Positions 1 through 10,554 of a stretch of DNA of 64,000 nucleotides are shown one piece after another. Location of the stretch: NCBI GenBank assembly GCA_000091205.1, contig AP006493.2; one strand, 5' to 3'. The number at the start of each line of letters is the position of its first letter. Positions within the stretch are counted from its first letter, which is position 1. The position numbers and the translations under genes were made by a program. The stretch is from Cyanidioschyzon merolae. Its lineage: Eukaryota. The notes beneath the pieces were generated by a model, which saw only the letters and a list, made by a program, of their open reading frames with translations, did not search any database and was not told where the DNA came from.

Positions 1-592
1 TTCCATCCAGGGAAAGGTTTTTGTTATCAAGAGTTTTGAAAGTGAGACGCATCAGTCACGAAAACTCTTTGCGGAAACCACAGTCTATATTCCGGTCTCG
101 ACGTCCCAGTGCGACTCCAGGACCTGTCTGGGAATGCGGTCGTCAAGATTCTGCTGCTCAAACCAGTGCTCGGCGCAACTTTGTCGCTTTGACTCACCGT
201 CAGATTTCTCTGAACTGAGTGTCAAGTCAGGTTTACGTGCCTGTGAGATAGTGCGTTCAGCATCTGCAAGGTGTCAAGAAACGTTTTGGAGAGCTTTGGA
301 GTATACAATAGAAGAATTTGGCTTTCTTCATACACACAAAGTCACACTCCGGTCGTTCTCAACTGGAGCTGGTGGAGACTCCATTCTACGTTCTTTCTGA
401 AGGTAGCGGTCCGCGTTGTGCTTTTTGAAGGCTCACACGAGAGCTTTCAGATCTACAAAACTTTGCATTGCATGGCCTGTATGTTTTGATGCTCGAGACG
501 GCTGTTTTCAACGACACATGAGCTGTAACCTTGATACGCGTGCTCGCTGTGAGAGACCTAGCGTGGTGCAACCAGGCAGTACCACAAAGTGT

Positions 593-1468
593 ATGGCGAA
601 CTCGCTGCTCTTCCTGTACAGAGTTTTATCGGTCTTTGTTTTGCTCGGTGCAGTAACGTACCTCCGCGTGTTTCAGCACGATCTTTCTTTAATAACTTTC
701 TCATCGCAGACTTTAGTTCTCCTCGCTGTTTCATTGACAACGCTTCATTTGGTAGCGCTGCTTAACTGCCGACGATCGAGGTCGCAGCCCATCATGATAG
801 CCTTATCAAGAGACGTTCATGCAGAGCATCATTTTCCAGAACTCGAGGCGGACGTATCGCCACAGTTCGTGTTGGACGATGTGGAAGAAGGTAGCTCTGG
901 TACGGCGGACACGTCAATTTCGCGGGAAATGGAGCGCTCGAAGACAGTGCATTCGGTGTCGATGCATAATCGGGAAGACTCGGTTTCGATGTGGCAGCAA
1001 TATCCCGCCCATACCCGGTCCGAAGCGCCTTGCTCCAAGTTACCAGCTTTCGTCGAGAGCGTGTTTCTCCTGGCATTGGCAAATTCAATTTTTCTGGATG
1101 CCGTCTGGTGGCTCATATTACGCCCGCGGGGGGAGCCTTCTGCGCCTCGACGGTTTTCGACGTATTTGCTACATGGACCGATTAACGTTATCATGGGTTC
1201 GATGGAAGTGTTGATCGGCACGATCAGAGCTCGTAGAGCAGCTCTGGTTATGGGCTCACTATATCTAGCGCTGTACTTTTTGTTCGCATTCATGTATCAC
1301 CAGGCACGAGGCGAATGGTTATATTTTTTCCTGAACCCTCGCTCACGGAGGAATTGGTTCATTCTAATCGGCCTAGTGAGCTGGTACTACGCCTGCTATG
1401 CGCTGATCTTCCTCGTGGTCGCTGCACGTGACTGGATGAAGGTCCGACTCGCATTGCGCGCAAAATAG
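593..1468 (+). CDS. Hypothetical multi-pass membrane protein. The ORF track runs 416..1468; the likely start is the ATG at 593.
   Basis: A 350 aa ORF with about five long hydrophobic segments, for example LLFLYRVLSVFVLLGAVTYL, LPAFVESVFLLALANSIFLDAVWWLIL and FILIGLVSWYYACYALIFLVVAA. I recognised no family signature. Confidence 0.35.
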   Translation: MANSLLFLYRVLSVFVLLGAVTYLRVFQHDLSLITFSSQTLVLLAVSLTTLHLVALLNCRRSRSQPIMIALSRDVHAEHHFPELEADVSPQFVLDDVEEGSSGTADTSISREMERSKTVHSVSMHNREDSVSMWQQYPAHTRSEAPCSKLPAFVESVFLLALANSIFLDAVWWLILRPRGEPSAPRRFSTYLLHGPINVIMGSMEVLIGTIRARRAALVMGSLYLALYFLFAFMYHQARGEWLYFFLNPRSRRNWFILIGLVSWYYACYALIFLVVAARDWMKVRLALRAK

Positions 1469-1885
1469 CACATCGCAAACGCCACTTGTCCAGGATGCGA
1501 CTTCTGTTCACGTTGCATCGCAGCTGAAGTTTCGGAAAACGCACAACTCCGTCACGAGCGGGTTGAGCCTAACGATCGCTTTTCTGCTCAAGGAAGGAAA
1601 CCGATGCGCAGAGTCCAGCAGCAAGCAGTATACCTAAAGAGCGCTCGCGTGCAAGGAAGGTGACCTTGGCACCTAAAGTAGCGCGCTCTTGAGTTGGCAT
1701 CTTCCGTTACACATCGAATTTATTGTGTGTTGGTTGCTAGCTGGATCGTGCACAGCAGCGAGTCGCTGTTCCAGCACAAAATTTCCGCGGGCAATGAGTA
1801 TTATAACTAGAAATCACAAAACGGGTTCTGAGTACCCGCTCATGCAAAAAGAGAGACTATTGCTTTGGTGATTCCTCTGCAGTTC

Positions 1886-3754
1886 TCAGGAATACTGACC
1901 AAAAGATTGATATGCCTCTCTGGCTAACCGCGCTTGTTTGTCCTGACAATATTCCCTCCAGAGCAGGAAAAGAATGATTCCCCCGAGTAGGATCATCGCT
2001 GAAGCGAGCACAATAATGACACCGATTACGCTGCGAAGATTCCGCTGGGTGTAAAACTCCAGGCGCCACGTATTCGGATTTGAAGGGTCCTGGGGATAGA
2101 TAATAGCAAAAGAGTTCGGCAGCAGATTTGTCCACGAGCGCTGACTACTACCGGCACCGATCGCAATTTCCTGGACATAATTCAGCATCGTGTTCAAACC
2201 AGTGAAACACTGGCATGCCGAAATGAACTGCCGAGAACCCGACTGGGGACACTGCGTGCATGCATAGAGTTGCAACCCGTTGGTCGCTTGGAATGCAACG
2301 ATCGATGTCGAACCGATGGATTCGGTGAAAGGCCGCGGATTATCGTACGGGGATACCGCCGTTTGGACTGCTGTTTCAAGGAAGTTTCGTGTCTGCGAGA
2401 TCGTATTCAACCAGAGTTCAATCCCATCTGATGCACTAATCAACAGATCCTGGCGACCATCCTGATCTGTGTCGTATGCTGCGGCAACAACCGGCTCAGA
2501 CACGTTGTACAAGGCACTGAAGGATTCTTGTGTTTGTAGCTGAAAAGCGAGACTGTTTTTCTGGGCAGTATTCTTGAGAATCACACCAGTGCTGCCGTTC
2601 ATCACGTACAAATCTGGGAATGCATCGTAGTTGTAATCTACAAGCACCATTTGTGCGCTGGGACGGAGAGGCACATTCGAAGCACCAGACGAACTTGATA
2701 TAGCAACAGCCACAGAATTCAGAAGATTCGCAGAGCCATGGAAGTTGCAACGTTGACCATAGCCACCATTACCGTGGTTGTTACTCACGAACGACAGCCC
2801 CCCATTGCTTGTCAGAGCTAGTATGCTGATCGTGCCTGATCCCGTAAAATCCGCGAACAACAGCTGCTCTACCTGAAGTGAACCTCCAAATGGCGTCCAA
2901 ACCTTGCTCGGTGTCGTTGACGAGAGAATATCCCCCGTCCCCGGACTGTACCAGACTGCGATTTGTGGGCCTGATCCTGTGGCGGAGGGAGGCCCTTGTG
3001 GCGGTCCTTCACGAGAGCGCGGTGGCATCGGATTCGGCTGCAACCGGCTGCTGCCGTTGCCATCACTGCACAAAAGAACAAGATCTGGTAGACAGTCGCC
3101 ATTCATGTCAACGAAAGCAGTAATGTTTTTCTCGATGGAACACAGAGCCGGAGTCCACTGCGATAATTGGAAGGTCCCTTTGGCTTTGCGTCTGTTCGTC
3201 AACACAAGGAAGCTCCCATTCCCCTCAGGAACAAGCACATCAGGAAGAAGGTCTCCGTAGCGGGAAAACAGCATTGCAGTGGAAACATTTGCGTTCACAG
3301 CAATGCTCGCGCCGGATGAAAAGTTGCTAGAGTGACTACCGAGCAATAGTGCCGCTGTACCTGCGTTTGTGAAAGCCATGACATCGCTAACGCCATCACC
3401 GTTGAAGTCTGCTGTAATGGCATGTGTCACATTCTCTGTCAATAAAACAGGACTCCCGAAACGATATAGATTGTGGTTCCAGAAAGATACGTATAGCCTG
3501 CCGGTGGTTGGCTCTATGGCGAGAACGTCGATGTACTCATCCGCGTTCAGATCAGCGAGCTTCAGAGGTTGAAGACGGCCAAGTACGTCTAAGCTCACAT
3601 AAGCAGTTGCGTTTGAAAATGCAGCACCATTAGGAAAGCTCGGCGGGCCACGGCTGCCACTCGGACCAAGCAGTGAAGCAGTAGTACCCGAAGAAACCCA
3701 AAGGAAGCAGACTACCAAGAGCGCACTTGCCAACAAATAGTGTGCCGTCAGCAT
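1886..3754 (-). CDS. FG-GAP repeat, integrin-alpha-like type I membrane protein (ITFG1/TIP-like)
   Basis: An N-terminal signal peptide (MLTAHYLLASALLVVCFLWVSSG). Repeated FG-GAP/Ca-binding-like motifs FNGDGVSDVMAF, DMNGDCLPDLVLLC, DYNYDAFPDLYVM and YDTDQDGRQDLLIS. A C-terminal TM helix (VIGVIIVLASAMILLGGIILFLLW) followed by a short tail. Confidence 0.55.
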   Translation of the reverse strand: MLTAHYLLASALLVVCFLWVSSGTTASLLGPSGSRGPPSFPNGAAFSNATAYVSLDVLGRLQPLKLADLNADEYIDVLAIEPTTGRLYVSFWNHNLYRFGSPVLLTENVTHAITADFNGDGVSDVMAFTNAGTAALLLGSHSSNFSSGASIAVNANVSTAMLFSRYGDLLPDVLVPEGNGSFLVLTNRRKAKGTFQLSQWTPALCSIEKNITAFVDMNGDCLPDLVLLCSDGNGSSRLQPNPMPPRSREGPPQGPPSATGSGPQIAVWYSPGTGDILSSTTPSKVWTPFGGSLQVEQLLFADFTGSGTISILALTSNGGLSFVSNNHGNGGYGQRCNFHGSANLLNSVAVAISSSSGASNVPLRPSAQMVLVDYNYDAFPDLYVMNGSTGVILKNTAQKNSLAFQLQTQESFSALYNVSEPVVAAAYDTDQDGRQDLLISASDGIELWLNTISQTRNFLETAVQTAVSPYDNPRPFTESIGSTSIVAFQATNGLQLYACTQCPQSGSRQFISACQCFTGLNTMLNYVQEIAIGAGSSQRSWTNLLPNSFAIIYPQDPSNPNTWRLEFYTQRNLRSVIGVIIVLASAMILLGGIILFLLWREYCQDKQARLAREAYQSFGQYS

Positions 3755-4021
3755 CCAACTGCGCTCACGTATTTTGGCGCTATGCGGGAGTTCAACACAC
3801 TAGTGTGTCCCTAGGAGCTCTATGTATTCCTGATATGACGGGCGTCGATTCTCTGCGTGTCTGAACGCGCCCTCACGAACTTTTAAGATGGCCTTCCTCT
3901 GCGTGCTGAACGTCGTCGCTCGCAGACAGCCGCGGAATTTTTTGATTGACAAAACGTTTTCATGGGCCAGCTTTCGCCAGTTGTGCGCTTTTTCTTTTCT
4001 TTCTTTTTTTGTTTTCTTCTG

Positions 4022-4440
4022 TGCGCAGTGAAGTATCCATCGATCTGTGCCATAATTCCAAGTTACGTTACCCATCCTTCTTCTCCGATATACTGGTCTT
4101 TTCATACGTTCTATCGTGTACCGAGTGCCTGCCATGAGCTCCAGCAATAGCGCATACAGCACCGGTGCTGCCGCTGCACGGAGGCAGAACGGCGTTGCCG
4201 TACCACGGGGAGTATCAACTCGAGGCGTGATTCATTCAACGTGGAATCCGGATTCATAATCATTCTGGGAGCCTGCAAGCTCTGCAGACAGAACTACTGC
4301 CTGCGGCAGCGCGAAGCGATATGTTAGGAGAGAACTACGACCAGGGTGACGCCCAAACGCAGCATACCCGCTCCTAATCCCAGGATAAAGTGGGTTTCGG
4401 ACGAGCTGCTCAGACCTCTTGACAGCAACGGGCACTGGGG
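4022..4440 (-). mobile_element. SINE-like dispersed repeat, copy A of a ~400 bp family. Its T-rich tract on the + strand lies at the left end, which is an A-rich tail at the 3' end of the minus strand.
   Basis: Shares the core ctggtc(g/t)ttt(c)(a/g)tacgttctatcgtg...gcaccggtgctg(c/t)cg...cacgg(a/g)g with copies at 20440-20935, 48290-48700 (opposite orientation) and 53577-53770. A T-rich tract at 3985-4020 adjoins one end. The other end carries box-A/box-B-like strings when read on the minus strand. Confidence 0.5.
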
Positions 4441-5837
4441 AGCATGAAGCACGAGTCTTGTAGACTCTTCCGACTCGCGGGACCTTCCGTCTATAAGGTA
4501 AACTTTCAACAATATTGAAACCTCTTCCCCCTTTCAACGTTCACCTTAGAGGAGGGAAAGAAATTATTATATCGCTGCTAGTTAGTCTAGAGTCTCTGTT
4601 CTTTGTTCTAAGTAGCGCGCTCGGTACGCGCTGCTCCATATCTGAAAGGCATGAGATACAACGAGCTTTTCGCCGTTGAAGGGAAACACGATCCTGACTA
4701 TTCGTTTACTTGTTGTTCTAACATAAAACTTGTATTTGCATTAAAGTCGTAGCAAACTATAGTTTCCAGTTCAATCGTGTTTCAAAGCTCGAGTTAGTGC
4801 ATTCAAGTGATTTTTCGCAGATTCTACCAGAAGCGCTCAAAGTGCGTACGTTTTCAAAAAGATAAAAAAGGAAAGTTATTGAAAAGGAATTGGAGGATCC
4901 CGGAGACCCAGTATCGCCAGCTGGCGGAAATAAACGACAAACGATGCCGAGCCCGGAAGAAGAGGAGAAGATAAAGAAGGAAAAGGGGAGGCCCGACGCC
5001 AAGGGCCGCAAGAAAGACGACAGTACGATGAGACGGTGGTGGAAGCCTGTCTTCTTAAACATGTAAGGGATCCGCACAAGGAAAATTTGCAAGATGCCAT
5101 AAGAATTCGTGTCCAGTTGTACCCCAGGAGTGTTCGTAAGGTTTCTCTAGGACTGATGCATTTGGTGAACGAGATGTATGGCGACGTGACGGACATCAAA
5201 ACAGTCGAGGTTCTGGGAGACTTATTCGACAAGCCCTTTATTCGTCACCTGATGGCTGGCACCGGGGAAGCGTCGAGGAGAAATGAACTAGTGCATGCCC
5301 TCCAGGAAAACTAAGCCAAACTCCGATTCGACGGTACTCGCACTAGGGTTACTCGGATATTTACATCTACAGAGCGATGAAGTACCTCATGGGCCTGAAG
5401 AACCATATGATCGTGAGCCTCAGTCGTTTCGTGATACGCGACGCCTTTGCGCTGTACCCGGGCCTGTCTCGCAAAGGAATATGGGCAATTATCAATGGCA
5501 TCACTAACGATGGTCAGAACGAAGACGAGATCGAATTTGTCGACAAGAAGACATCAAGCAGGAGAAAGAATGAGGATCCTGCAATCCGTGCGGTTATTCA
5601 AGGGCATCGTGCGGTATTGGGGCCGGCGAATCCAGCAGAAAAGATATCAGAGTTGATAAAAGACGAAGAAAGATACCATCGCCTCATCCTTCGGTATTTC
5701 GCGTTTTTGGACCGAGAACTCGAACGCAAGGCAGAGATGAAGCTGAGTAGGGGAAAAATGAAGAGTCGGAGAGACGGAAGGCTGCCCTAATCGTTAAGCG
5801 CTTCACCGTCGTTTCGCTGTGCAACATCAAGTCATAA

Positions 5838-6950
5838 TTTGTGACTATCGACTCCGGACTCCTCTACGGTATCATGAAGGAGATCAGTCCCGAGTTCAAT
5901 GTTAGCAGGGAGGAGTTTACCGGTGAAAACAGGGAGACGCACTGGAAGAACATCTTCAGTTTCAAACGTCTGAACGTGAGCAAGCAGAAGTTCTTCACTG
6001 GGATGATCGAAACCGATGGAGTAGCCATGTGTGTAAACTATCGGCGCTAGAGGACAGATCATCCATTTCCGCCCCCGGTTTCGCCCGTGACGAAGGAAGA
6101 AGAAAAGAAGGAGGCGGATCCTGCGATGCAGAAAGTGCAGGATAACGACTTTTTGGTTGGCGCTCACCCCGGAAACACAAATATCATAACCATCGCTGTA
6201 CCCAGGCGTGCGGAGGATGGTACTGACGGTAACTTGCTTCAGAAAGACATGCGTTTTTTGAGGTTCTCGAGAGCAAGATTCTATCGAGAATCGGGAATCA
6301 TGAATGCAACGAAGAAAATTGAGACATGGAATGCAGGAATGAAGGATCACGTAGAAGCTTTGAGCGAGGTGACGAGCCGCGGAGCGGACTTTACAGCTTT
6401 TCTGAAATTCATGGAAGTTCGTGTTGCCCATTGGGATGCGCTGCCGGAGAAGTATACCAAGCCCCGGTGGGCTCGTCTGCGAATGAATCTGTATTGTGGT
6501 AAGCAGCGGGCGTTCGCGAATTTTTTCAATCAGCTGAGTGCCCTGAAGGAGGACGAGAGCCAAAGGCTCGTAGTGGCGTATGGAGCAGTGCGATGGAAGA
6601 CCCAAAGAGGGTGTACACCAGTTCCAACGACAAGATCGTACAAGGAGTGCGCAAGGCGTTTCGTCACGATACCTATAGATGAGTTCCGAACATCGTACAC
6701 ACACCATGAACTGGGGTGCACACTTCAGAGGGTCGAGATGGAAAAGTGCCAGAGGAGTCCTGAAGATATAAAAAAGTACGGACCGCTGACGGAGGAGCTA
6801 ATGGAAAGGAGAGCGAAAGTTCGAGGATTGCTTGCATTAGTAAGTACAACCATTAATGGCAAGAATCGTTTCGAGTTTGTGAATCGAGACTCTAACGCCG
6901 CTATCAATATATGGAAATGTGCTGTGATGGATCCAAAACCTACGGAGTAG
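5838..6950 (+). pseudogene. TnpB/Fanzor-like (OrfB_IS605 family) RuvC-nuclease relic. A single reading frame carries an in-frame TAG at 6048-6050. The first ATG is at 5874.
   Basis: A C-terminal ...NGKNRFEFVNRDSNAAINI matches the RuvC-III signature RDxNAAxNI of TnpB/Fanzor/Cas12. The preceding [15 protein letters not shown]...C resembles the vdp-yTSq-C zinc-finger/bridge region. [27 protein letters not shown] resembles the segment before RuvC-II, but the glutamate is missing. [17 protein letters not shown] resembles the RuvC-I motif GIDPG with D replaced by H. The frame is closed by TAA at 5835, and the upstream ORFs at 5036-5790 sit in other frames. Confidence 0.55.
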
Positions 6951-7217
6951 ACAAGAGGGGACTTTATTAGACAACCTCTCAAAGTGGATATATATGAAAC
7001 AAAGTTGGAATCAGTAGTGGATGGCCGATCGAAAAGGACGGGAGGCATCTGCACCTCGGTTGCACACGTCTTGTCTAGGGCGGGTTTCTCGCCACTGCTG
7101 TGCACCGCTGGCGTCGTTCGACTTTCGAACGGCGTTGTTGGTGTGCGGTTTTATAAAGTTAACGTAACTGCTATCACTACAGGGAGTTGAACTGCCCGGG
7201 AACCTTAACTTGTTGCA

Positions 7218-8384
7218 ATGACTCCGCCGTTCTTCTGCCACACCTTCTGTTCAGCGGGGGCGTTTGTCCCGGTGAACGTAAGCCACTTTCGTGCTCAGTT
7301 GAGAAAGCAGGAGACTTGTGAGGAACTTGCTTCGAGGGACGCTTGGGGTCGCTCCAGAAGCAGGGGGAACTGTTTGCATGGTAAGAACTTGCCGAGCAGG
7401 CACCGGCAAGCGTTGCTTTTACTTGGAACGGCGACTGCAGGCTCCAGTGCAGAGGTTCGACACGGCTCGCCAAAGTCGCGAACCACCGAGGCAGTTGAGT
7501 TCCTTCTCGCTAAGAGGGCCTCCATAGACGCCGCTCTTAATGACGCCGTGCAAGCAACCTCCGTTATGAATGCCCGCCTAGCGGAGGCGATGCGTTACTC
7601 TTTGCTCGCCGGAGGGAAACGTGTACGGCCGGCACTCGTCTTAGCTGCGTGCAGAATGTTTGGAGGTGTCGATGAACAGGCGATGCCCACGGCCGTCGCA
7701 GTGGAGATGGTTCATACAATGAGCCTCATTCATGACGATCTCCCGGCGATGGATAATGATGATTTCCGGCGCGGACGTCCAACAAACCACAAGGTTTACG
7801 GTGAGGAAGTAGCCATCCTTGCTGGGGACGCGTTACTTAGCGAGGCGTTCTCGCAGATCGCAGAGAAAACTCCAGCAACCCTTGTACCACCGAGTCGCAC
7901 GCTTGAGGTCATTAGACGCCTCGGAAACTGTGTCGGCTTACATGGCTTGGCAGCCGGACAAGCGCTTGATCTTGAGGCGGAGGGAAAACCAGCAGATGAG
8001 ATCAGCCTACGCATGCTGGAAACGATCCATCTGTACAAAACCGCCGCATTGTTGCGCTTTTCCATCACCGCGGGAGCGATTCTAGCAGGTGCCTCAGTAG
8101 ATGACATTGATTGTATGGAAAGCTTTGCGAACAAAATTGGTCTTGCTTTTCAAGTTGCGGATGATGTCCTGGATGTGACCGCGACGACCGAGACACTTGG
8201 CAAGACTGCCGGAAAAGATGTTGCGGCCGAGAAGGCGACGTTTCCGCGCATACTTGGTCTTGAAGAAAGCCGAAAGTATGCTGAAGACTTGGTCAAGGAG
8301 GCGAAGGGAGAACTCGCCAAGTACGGCGACCGGGCATCATTGCTCTTGGGTTTTGCGGATTTCATCATTCAGCGCGCGAGCTAG
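7218..8384 (+). CDS. GGPPS: Geranylgeranyl diphosphate synthase (type II, plant/bacterial, trans-polyprenyl synthetase) with an N-terminal extension
   Basis: First Asp-rich motif LIHDDLPAMDNDDFRRGRPTNHKV, which is DDxxxxD with the 2-residue insertion typical of plant/cyanobacterial GGPPS. Second Asp-rich motif FQVADDVLD. About 85 aa of Arg/Ser-rich presequence before the conserved core. Confidence 0.85.
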   Translation: MTPPFFCHTFCSAGAFVPVNVSHFRAQLRKQETCEELASRDAWGRSRSRGNCLHGKNLPSRHRQALLLLGTATAGSSAEVRHGSPKSRTTEAVEFLLAKRASIDAALNDAVQATSVMNARLAEAMRYSLLAGGKRVRPALVLAACRMFGGVDEQAMPTAVAVEMVHTMSLIHDDLPAMDNDDFRRGRPTNHKVYGEEVAILAGDALLSEAFSQIAEKTPATLVPPSRTLEVIRRLGNCVGLHGLAAGQALDLEAEGKPADEISLRMLETIHLYKTAALLRFSITAGAILAGASVDDIDCMESFANKIGLAFQVADDVLDVTATTETLGKTAGKDVAAEKATFPRILGLEESRKYAEDLVKEAKGELAKYGDRASLLLGFADFIIQRAS

Positions 8385-9590
8385 GTTTGTCTGCTACATG
8401 TTTCATGCAGACAAGACAGACAGTTTAGTGCTCAAAGGGAGCTGTGGAGGATAGCTTTCGTCAACACACAGGCGGGAGCGCAGGTAACCGTCGTAAAGAC
8501 AACTTTCTTGTGAAAAGCACCTGTTTGGGCCGTGTGTAACATGTACGTTTCCAGTTGTTGCATAGGGAGTCGCTGTGAACTGCCCCTTGCGCCGACGAAC
8601 GTCCAGGTGAGGCAAACCCGTCATGTAACTGGACGTCGACCGCCGCGGCAGCGCATCCAACATCGCGATGAAAGTCTGGGACAGACTCGGCAAACGTAGA
8701 CTTCCAGGATCTGCCTACAATCATGCATTAAAACTGGCCTAGAGCAGAAGGCATGTAGCGAAGCCCGGAGAAGAGTCGTGTTTCCTTGGATGGCTACAGA
8801 AAGCGCCAACATATTCGAGCGATTCAAGTTCCGGAAATCAATCTTCCAGCATTCCGGGCCGCGCGCACAGTCGGCATAACGCTTTTTGGGGTTTAGGGCC
8901 GTTTACATGAACCAGGATTGCTCGACTGCGTGATTAACATTGGCGCATAAGGAGGCACACATTATATCTCACGAAGAGCGGTTAAAAATTATTTTCTTGT
9001 GAGGAAATTTAAAAAAGTCTACAGGATCCAGGACACCGGCTTGCGTGATACTTATCGGCATCTGGATCAGCATCCATCTTTCCGCTCACGGCATGGCTTT
9101 TAGCGCATCGAATGCGTCGGTAGGAATATGGAGCAGGAACGAGTCTAAGACTGTATAGAATTAAAAGGAACGAGTCATCTTAGCTTACTCGGGCGTGCAC
9201 ACTACACCAGTGTCAGCATAAAATGGAGCAGTGCCTAGAATGTGGGCGTAGACCGCTAAACTTTGGATCTCTTTCAATTATAATCAACAACGGCCTTGGC
9301 GGGCTATTTCTGCGGCTTATTTCAGTTTCTTTTGTTTATCCTCGGCCTTCAAAATGCTGGTCTCTCTTGATACTCGTTCTCCGTTGTCTGCAGTTATGGT
9401 CCATGGACTGGAGCTGTCGAGTTCGGATTACGCTGTTTTCGGTTGTTGTCGACGCATTCCATGTACAGGAGGAAGTCGCGATCCAACTTTTCCTTCGCAT
9501 TATCATCTTCTTCATGTACAGCCTCTGTGCGCCGTTTGCAACGGTATCACTTGAATCTGGTATCGTGTTCCTCTGGGTCCTTCACACCTA

Positions 9591-9605
9591 CCCCCCCCCC
9601 CCCCC
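9591..9605. repeat. C15 homopolymer
   Basis: Fifteen consecutive C residues counted directly in the sequence. Confidence 0.9.
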
Positions 9606-10254
9606 ATTTTTTATCCAAAGGCCTGCGGAGCGTGAATGCTTGCATCATCGCTTATCACAATGCCATTGGCTACAACAGTGGGTACCTCACGATATCCTCA
9701 GTTTCCGCACTCGGTGCGGTACTCCTGGATCAAGGGCGTCTTCTGGGCGACTCCCTCAGCGAGTATTTTGTCCATCTTACATAAAAGTGCACACTGCCCC
9801 ATTCAATGACAAATTGCGGTATATAATGTTGACCATGATCGAACAAGTGCTCAAACGTAAATCCAGGCTGGAGATCAAGCCGAGAACTTTTGATCCGTGT
9901 ACGCTCGCTTGGTGCGAAGCGGTGACCACTGTTCATGAGAAGCGATCTCTGGTATCGCAATATTCCAAATTTGAGACCTTTCTCTATGTAAACAGAAGGG
10001 AAGAATGCCTCTGAGAGCATATCATATGCGAGGCATAACGTGAGAAATTCAGTGAACCTTCGGCATGTGCGTGTGTAAAAACTTTCAAAGGACAAGCCGA
10101 CTTATTTTTCTCATGAATCTAGCTGCGGGAATCTCTGCGCGTATGAGCTGCCTTGAAATAGCTAGCTCGAAAACGAAAATAAAACTCATGATTTGAGCAT
10201 GATATGCTTAAGTGAAGGAGAAGATTATATGCGTTTTGATATGAAATGAATGAT

Positions 10255-10335
10255 GGTATCGGTTATTTTACGAACCCTTGTGCGAGGGCGTCGCGAAATA
10301 TCTTGATTCCACAGACGTAGAGCATTCCAGCCGCA
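10255..10335 (+). repeat. Short dispersed repeat (family 2), copy 1
   Basis: ggttattttacgaacccttgtgcgagggcgtcgcgaaatatcttgattccacagacgtagagc matches 25505-25585 and 40580-40665 in the same orientation, and 40185-40290 in reverse complement. Confidence 0.6.
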
Positions 10336-10554
10336 GAGGCTTAAAGAAGTCACTACGAAGTAACATCCCGGAATCCTCAAATTACTTATACATCGGTAAG
10401 CCCTTATTGCTGCAGTTCGAATGTGGAGAACGCACATCTAAGAGAATTATTAAGAATAAATAAGCAGGGGCAGAGCGCAGTACAGCGTTTTACGTGAATC
10501 TGACTTGCTGCTCACGCGTAGCGTTCAAGGCTCAGCGAGCAGCAACGTCCGAGC

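Noticed and set aside
3800-4162. 120 aa Lys-rich ORF on the - strand
   Set aside because: It arises from translating the T-rich tract and the SINE-like repeat copy A, so it is not a gene.
5832-6707. 291 aa ORF on the - strand
   Set aside because: Antisense to the TnpB/Fanzor-like frame, which carries the diagnostic RDxNAAxNI motif. It has no family resemblance.
9223-10014. 263 aa ORF containing YPPPPPF
   Set aside because: It reads through the C15 homopolymer and other low-complexity sequence, has no domain signature, and is probably non-coding.
10255-10335. Possible tRNA or tRNA-like gene in the family-2 repeat (tcgaatccc, ggttcgtaaaa strings)
   Set aside because: I could not fold a cloverleaf with acceptor, D and T stems by eye. 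It is left as a dispersed repeat of unknown nature.
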